This document shows, piece after piece, positions 59,843 through 64,000 of a stretch of DNA of 64,000 nucleotides (positions are counted from its first letter, which is position 1; each line of letters begins with the position of its first letter). Below the pieces are notes generated by a model that ran no database searches, was not told where the DNA came from, and saw nothing but the letters and a program-made list of their open reading frames with translations. The DNA is taken from NCBI GenBank assembly GCA_031385045.1, contig JANNBC010000007.1, forward strand, positions 1-64,000. Reading direction: 5' to 3'. Source of the stretch: a bacterium (lineage in GTDB: Bacteria; Bdellovibrionota_C; UBA2361; CALJRW01). The position numbers and the translations under genes were made by a program.

Positions 59843-61174
59843 TTACAGCAAACTACTTGCTAAATTTGCTAGTTCGGATCGTTCCCCTTTCTCTAACTTA
59901 ATGTGTGCAAATAATTGATTCCCCTTAAAGCGATCAATTAAGTAGGAAAGACCGTTACTATGCGCATCTAAATATGGAGTATCAATCTGATTAACATCTC
60001 CCGTGAAAACAATTTTTGTATTTTCACCAGCACGCGTAATAATTGTTTTAATCTCGTGGGGGGTCAAATTCTGAGCTTCGTCCACAATAATAAAAACATT
60101 AGATAAACTTCTTCCGCGAATATATGTTAAAGGAAGAATTTCGATCTTCTTGGAAGTCACTAAATCATCCAACAATTTAAGTTCCTTATCTGTTTCCTTG
60201 TACTGACTCTTAATAAATTTTAAGTTATCCCATAATGGTTCAATGTAAGGATTAAGTTTAGAATTAATATCCCCTGGTAAATAACCAATATCAGAATTAC
60301 TTAGTGGAACGGTTGGACGAGTAATATAAATCTGTCGGAAGTTACGTCGCTGTTCAATAGCTGAGGCTAAAGCTAATAAAGTCTTTCCAGTCCCAGCAGT
60401 TCCCTGCATTGTGACTAAAGGAATTGCTGGATCCATCAAAGCATTGATCGCGAATATTTGTTCAGCATTTCTGGGAGCAACTCCAGCCACTGAGACTTTA
60501 TCAATCAGGTTATATTCCTCTTGAACCGAATTATATCTTGCTAGTGCTGATTTTTTACCATTCTTAAGAATGAAATACTGGTTATGTTTAGCAAAATCAA
60601 AAGGAATCAACTCACCTGGAATAGATCGGTCTTCGTAAATATGATTAATAATTTCGGAATCTAAATTTTCTACTCTAGATTTACCAGAGTACTCTAATTC
60701 CACATCATCAACTCTTCCAGTTTCGTAATCTTCTGCTACCAAATTTAAGGCTTTAGCCTTAAGCCGTAAGGCGATGTCTTTAGTTACTAAGACGACTAGC
60801 TTATTAGGCTCTTCTTGCTGTAATGCTAAAGCGGCTTTTAAAATTTTGTGATCATTTAGATCAAGATTTAAACCTTTAATATCAATATTAGAAGTATCGT
60901 CTTTAATCAAAACGCGGAATCTGCCACTGCTTGGCGGGTTAATTGGCAACCAATCCTGAAGGGAGTGCTCTTGTGATAATTTATCAACAAAACGAATGAA
61001 CTCACGAGCGGAAAAGTTCTTTACTTCATTGCCCTTTTTAAAACGATCCAGCTCTTCAAGAACTGTAATTGGAATAGCGATGTCATGTTCTTGGAAATTT
61101 ATTATCGCTTGATGGTCATAAAGGATAACAGAGGTATCTAATACGAAAATCTTCTGGGCTGGTACTTGCAACAT
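59843..61174 (-). CDS. PIN-domain PhoH-family ATPase (PhoH2/YlaK-like)
   Basis: VLDTSVILYD PIN start, GTAGTGKT, GYLPG, YIRGRS, DEAQN, GD..QID, ERS.LA. Confidence 0.93.
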   Translation of the reverse strand: MLQVPAQKIFVLDTSVILYDHQAIINFQEHDIAIPITVLEELDRFKKGNEVKNFSAREFIRFVDKLSQEHSLQDWLPINPPSSGRFRVLIKDDTSNIDIKGLNLDLNDHKILKAALALQQEEPNKLVVLVTKDIALRLKAKALNLVAEDYETGRVDDVELEYSGKSRVENLDSEIINHIYEDRSIPGELIPFDFAKHNQYFILKNGKKSALARYNSVQEEYNLIDKVSVAGVAPRNAEQIFAINALMDPAIPLVTMQGTAGTGKTLLALASAIEQRRNFRQIYITRPTVPLSNSDIGYLPGDINSKLNPYIEPLWDNLKFIKSQYKETDKELKLLDDLVTSKKIEILPLTYIRGRSLSNVFIIVDEAQNLTPHEIKTIITRAGENTKIVFTGDVNQIDTPYLDAHSNGLSYLIDRFKGNQLFAHIKLEKGERSELANLASSLL

Positions 61175-61496
61175 TAGAAAGATACAAACATAACGAGGTT
61201 TAAAACCAAGCTATCTTCTAATTTCAGCTAAAATTAGAAAAGCTTGAAACTACCTGGCTCGCTACTTAATTTCGACTACATTTTTACTTTAAATCAGTTT
61301 AAGTAAAAGTAAAATACAAAATCGACAAGGAAAGAAAAAAATATTTCTTAGGGAATTATTATCAGAAAGTTCTTGAATTTAGAGATCAGAATGTAGTATG
61401 GCCGTTTTAGTTTTGTTTGATTCAGATTAACATCAGATTTAAAAATATTATCTCGGCATTCGTGAATTGTTTTCCTGATCTAAAAAAATTTCAGGA

Positions 61497-61694
61497 TTAC
61501 TTCAATAAGCCTTTATCCTCATCCTCATTTAAGATAGAACGGGCGACAAACTCAGGATCAATTTGATAACCGCCAGACTGCAGTTTATCCTTAATTGAGT
61601 TTTGTCTACGAATTTTTCGTGCTAACCAATCAAGTGAAAGATAAGTAGCACTTCTTTTACGATTACCGCCAGATTTACAATTACAACTATCCAT
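61497..61694 (-). CDS. Small protein with FlgM-like C-terminal motif
   Basis: IKDKLQSGGYQIDPEFVARSIL resembles the sigma-28-binding C-terminal helix of FlgM. Confidence 0.5.
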   Translation of the reverse strand: MDSCNCKSGGNRKRSATYLSLDWLARKIRRQNSIKDKLQSGGYQIDPEFVARSILNEDEDKGLLK

Positions 61695-61917
61695 GAAGTT
61701 CTATTCGACTTATTCCACTTAAAACTTTAGGAACAATTAAGATTTAAACTAAAAAAACTAGCCTTAGAACTAGGGATATCCCTTAAAACAGAGCAATATC
61801 GACTAATCAGCCAAAGTGACTTACCCATTGACTCCTCTAACCCGAGACGAGCCATAACATTGCTCAAATATTATTGAAATCCTATAACCAATACATAACG
61901 GCTAAAATTCCCCCCTT

Positions 61918-62973
61918 ATGAGCAATCAAAACTATGATTTTTTAATACTAGGACAGGGACTAGCTGGAAGCCTATTAGGTTGGAACTTGGAGCAACAAAA
62001 ACAGAGCTACCTAATTATTGATCTGCCCAATCGAAACTCTGCCTCTGGAGTTAGCGCGGGAATTGTGAATCCCTTAATTGGTCGTAGCTTTAATTTGCCT
62101 TGGAATTTTTCTGTCTTAAATGCTGAAGCTCGATCCCTTTATCAAGAACTTTCCTCAAAATTTGCCAGCAATTTTTTGCATGATAAAAAAATACTAAGAG
62201 TTCTAAACAGTCCCAAGCAACAAGAGCAAATTAACCAAAAACTTCAAATCAAAGAATATCAAGAATATATTGGGGAACAGATCGGATGTTATCAATCATT
62301 AAATTTTAAACATCAAGCTTTTTGGACTAACAAATCTTACTGGATAGATATTACAGGCCTTGTTGAGTCATTGCGAAATTTTTTTATTGCCCAGAAACGA
62401 TTACTAGAATTAAATTTTGACTATCAACAATTAGAAATATCTATTGATAAAATTAGCTATCAAAATCTTAACTTTAAAAAAGTTATTTTTGCTGAGGGGT
62501 ACCGAGCAATTAATAATCCATTTGCTGATTTTTTAGAATTTCGGCCAGCCAAAGGAGAGATTCTGGATCTTAAAATTCCTGATTTAAATCTAGATTTCAT
62601 CCTTAACTTTGGTCACTTTTTGCTACCACTGGGAAGTGATTGTTATCGCCTGGGAGCTACATATGGTTGGAGCGATTGGGAAGAAGAACTGTTATTAAAT
62701 CAAGAGCATCCTTTGCTGGTTGCCTTGGAGGAATTAACAAAACTGCCTTACGAAATAATTAGACAAAAACTGGGTGTTCGTCCAATTGTTGCCGGACAAA
62801 AACCAGTAATTGGTCAACATCCAAGCTATCCTGATTTATACTTTCTAAATGGCTTGGGATCAAAGGGAGCCTTATTAGCTCCTTACTCTGCGAAGCAATT
62901 AATCAATCACCTACTTTCCCAAGAAGTAATTAATCCAGAAATTAGTACTGCCAGATTTTATCAAAATATCTAA
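61918..62973 (+). CDS. FAD-dependent oxidoreductase (DAO/glycine oxidase/MnmC oxidase-like)
   Basis: ILGQGLAG, SAS.VSAG, KGEIL, LGATY, GVRP, NGLGSKG. Confidence 0.85.
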   Translation: MSNQNYDFLILGQGLAGSLLGWNLEQQKQSYLIIDLPNRNSASGVSAGIVNPLIGRSFNLPWNFSVLNAEARSLYQELSSKFASNFLHDKKILRVLNSPKQQEQINQKLQIKEYQEYIGEQIGCYQSLNFKHQAFWTNKSYWIDITGLVESLRNFFIAQKRLLELNFDYQQLEISIDKISYQNLNFKKVIFAEGYRAINNPFADFLEFRPAKGEILDLKIPDLNLDFILNFGHFLLPLGSDCYRLGATYGWSDWEEELLLNQEHPLLVALEELTKLPYEIIRQKLGVRPIVAGQKPVIGQHPSYPDLYFLNGLGSKGALLAPYSAKQLINHLLSQEVINPEISTARFYQNI

Positions 62974-62978
62974 AAAAT

Positions 62979-63539
62979 ATGAAACTTACCGAGCATTGTC
63001 ATCAGCTTTTACTACCTTATCTCAAAAACAGTAAAATTGCTGTTGATGCAACTTTTGGAAACGGAAATGACATTCTCTTCCTGGCTAAGAATCTTGCCAA
63101 GGAAGCCCAAATTTTTGGCTTTGATATCCAAGAGCAAGCCTTTATGAAAACTACGGAATTATTACATCAAGCTCAGGTAACTAACTGCAAACTATTTTTA
63201 GCTGGTCATGAAAATATCAAAGCAATCTTAGAGCTAGAGAAAGTCTCTGAAATAGATCTAGTAATGTTTAATCTGGGGTATCTTCCTCAGGGAGATAAAT
63301 CAATCACTACCACTGAGACAAAAACAATCTTAGCCCTCAGTCAAAGCTTAGAAATGTTGAGTCAGAATGGCCTCCTAAGCTTAATGATTTATCCAGGACA
63401 CCCCGAGGGCATAGTCGAATCGGAATCAATTAATACTTGGCTTATAAATCTACCAAAGAATTATCAGTGTATAAAAATGGAGAATTATCCAATAAAAGCT
63501 AATAGTCCTTACCTAATTTTAATTACCAGACGTAATTAA
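62979..63539 (+). CDS. mnmM: Class I SAM methyltransferase, YtqB/MnmM-like
   Basis: VDATFGNGND, GFDIQ..A, GHE, MFNLGYLP.GDK.ITT, YPGHPEG..E: YtqB/MnmM family signature. Confidence 0.75.
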   Translation: MKLTEHCHQLLLPYLKNSKIAVDATFGNGNDILFLAKNLAKEAQIFGFDIQEQAFMKTTELLHQAQVTNCKLFLAGHENIKAILELEKVSEIDLVMFNLGYLPQGDKSITTTETKTILALSQSLEMLSQNGLLSLMIYPGHPEGIVESESINTWLINLPKNYQCIKMENYPIKANSPYLILITRRN

Positions 63540-63541
63540 AC

Positions 63542-63961
63542 TTACATAATACATTTTTTCTGATCATATACTGGCAAACGAATAATTAATGTTTCATTGT
63601 TTTCTTGTCTAATCGGTAAGGATCGAAGTGTTAGTATATCATTTAAATCTGCTTCCAACTCTTTCATGGCACCGGCCTTCTTAGTGAAATTAGCAAATTC
63701 TCGATCTGCATAACTTTTTAAAACTGGGAAGTTATTATCTCCAATAGTTAATTTAGGAAAAAACAGTTTATTACCTTTCTTATGTAAAATTTGCTTATAA
63801 TAAATTTTATCTCGAGGCTCGCCAGGAGCTAAATGAATATTCCGTTGATAGGCCTTAATTAAATGATCAAAGCTCCAAACTTCCTTACCGCTACATAGAA
63901 TAGCGCCATTAAGACCCTTGCAGATTGATAAAATAATCGGAATATTATCTGCTTCCGGCAA
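63542..63961 (-). CDS. Hypothetical protein
   Basis: 139 aa ORF; start uncertain near the window end. Confidence 0.4.
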   Translation of the reverse strand: MPEADNIPIILSICKGLNGAILCSGKEVWSFDHLIKAYQRNIHLAPGEPRDKIYYKQILHKKGNKLFFPKLTIGDNNFPVLKSYADREFANFTKKAGAMKELEADLNDILTLRSLPIRQENNETLIIRLPVYDQKKCIM

Positions 63962-64000
63962 ACTAAGATTGAGAATTTTAGGTTGATCAGAATATCCTTT

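Noticed and set aside
59843..61174. PIN toxin-antitoxin module
   Set aside because: PIN is fused to a PhoH ATPase as in the widespread PhoH2/YlaK family; no adjacent antitoxin ORF.

Overview
AT-rich bacterial chromosomal segment. Its lon/clpX/clpP/tig and signalling genes look deltaproteobacterial or Bdellovibrionota-like; this is inferred from protein style only. The left edge is the end of an integrated element: tRNA-Val(TAC) followed by the 5' part of an integrase-like ORF that the ORF track missed. Next come tig-clpP-clpX-lon and tRNA-Leu(TAG). The highlight is a ~14.4 kb minus-strand cluster (7899-22342). It links a PP2C phosphatase, an FHA protein and a Ser/Thr kinase to a partial Tad machine (CpaE, CpaB, CpaF, TadB, TadC), a lone SctV/FlhA-family type III export gate and a membrane pseudokinase. 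This recalls the Tad-like Kil plus needle-less T3SS killing machinery of Myxococcus, but arranged in one locus. A second unexplained signal is a dispersed family of ~210-270 bp intergenic elements (5 copies). They are built from TATAGT...ACTATA hairpins with covarying stems and C-GNA/GNNA-G loops. The rest is mostly housekeeping: miaB, folB, sbcCD, rimK, pfk, tatBC, a pheS-pheT-HMG-CoA reductase-idi2 operon, DsbA, HiPIP, ribH, a PhoH-family gene and an FAD-oxidoreductase/MnmM-like pair.
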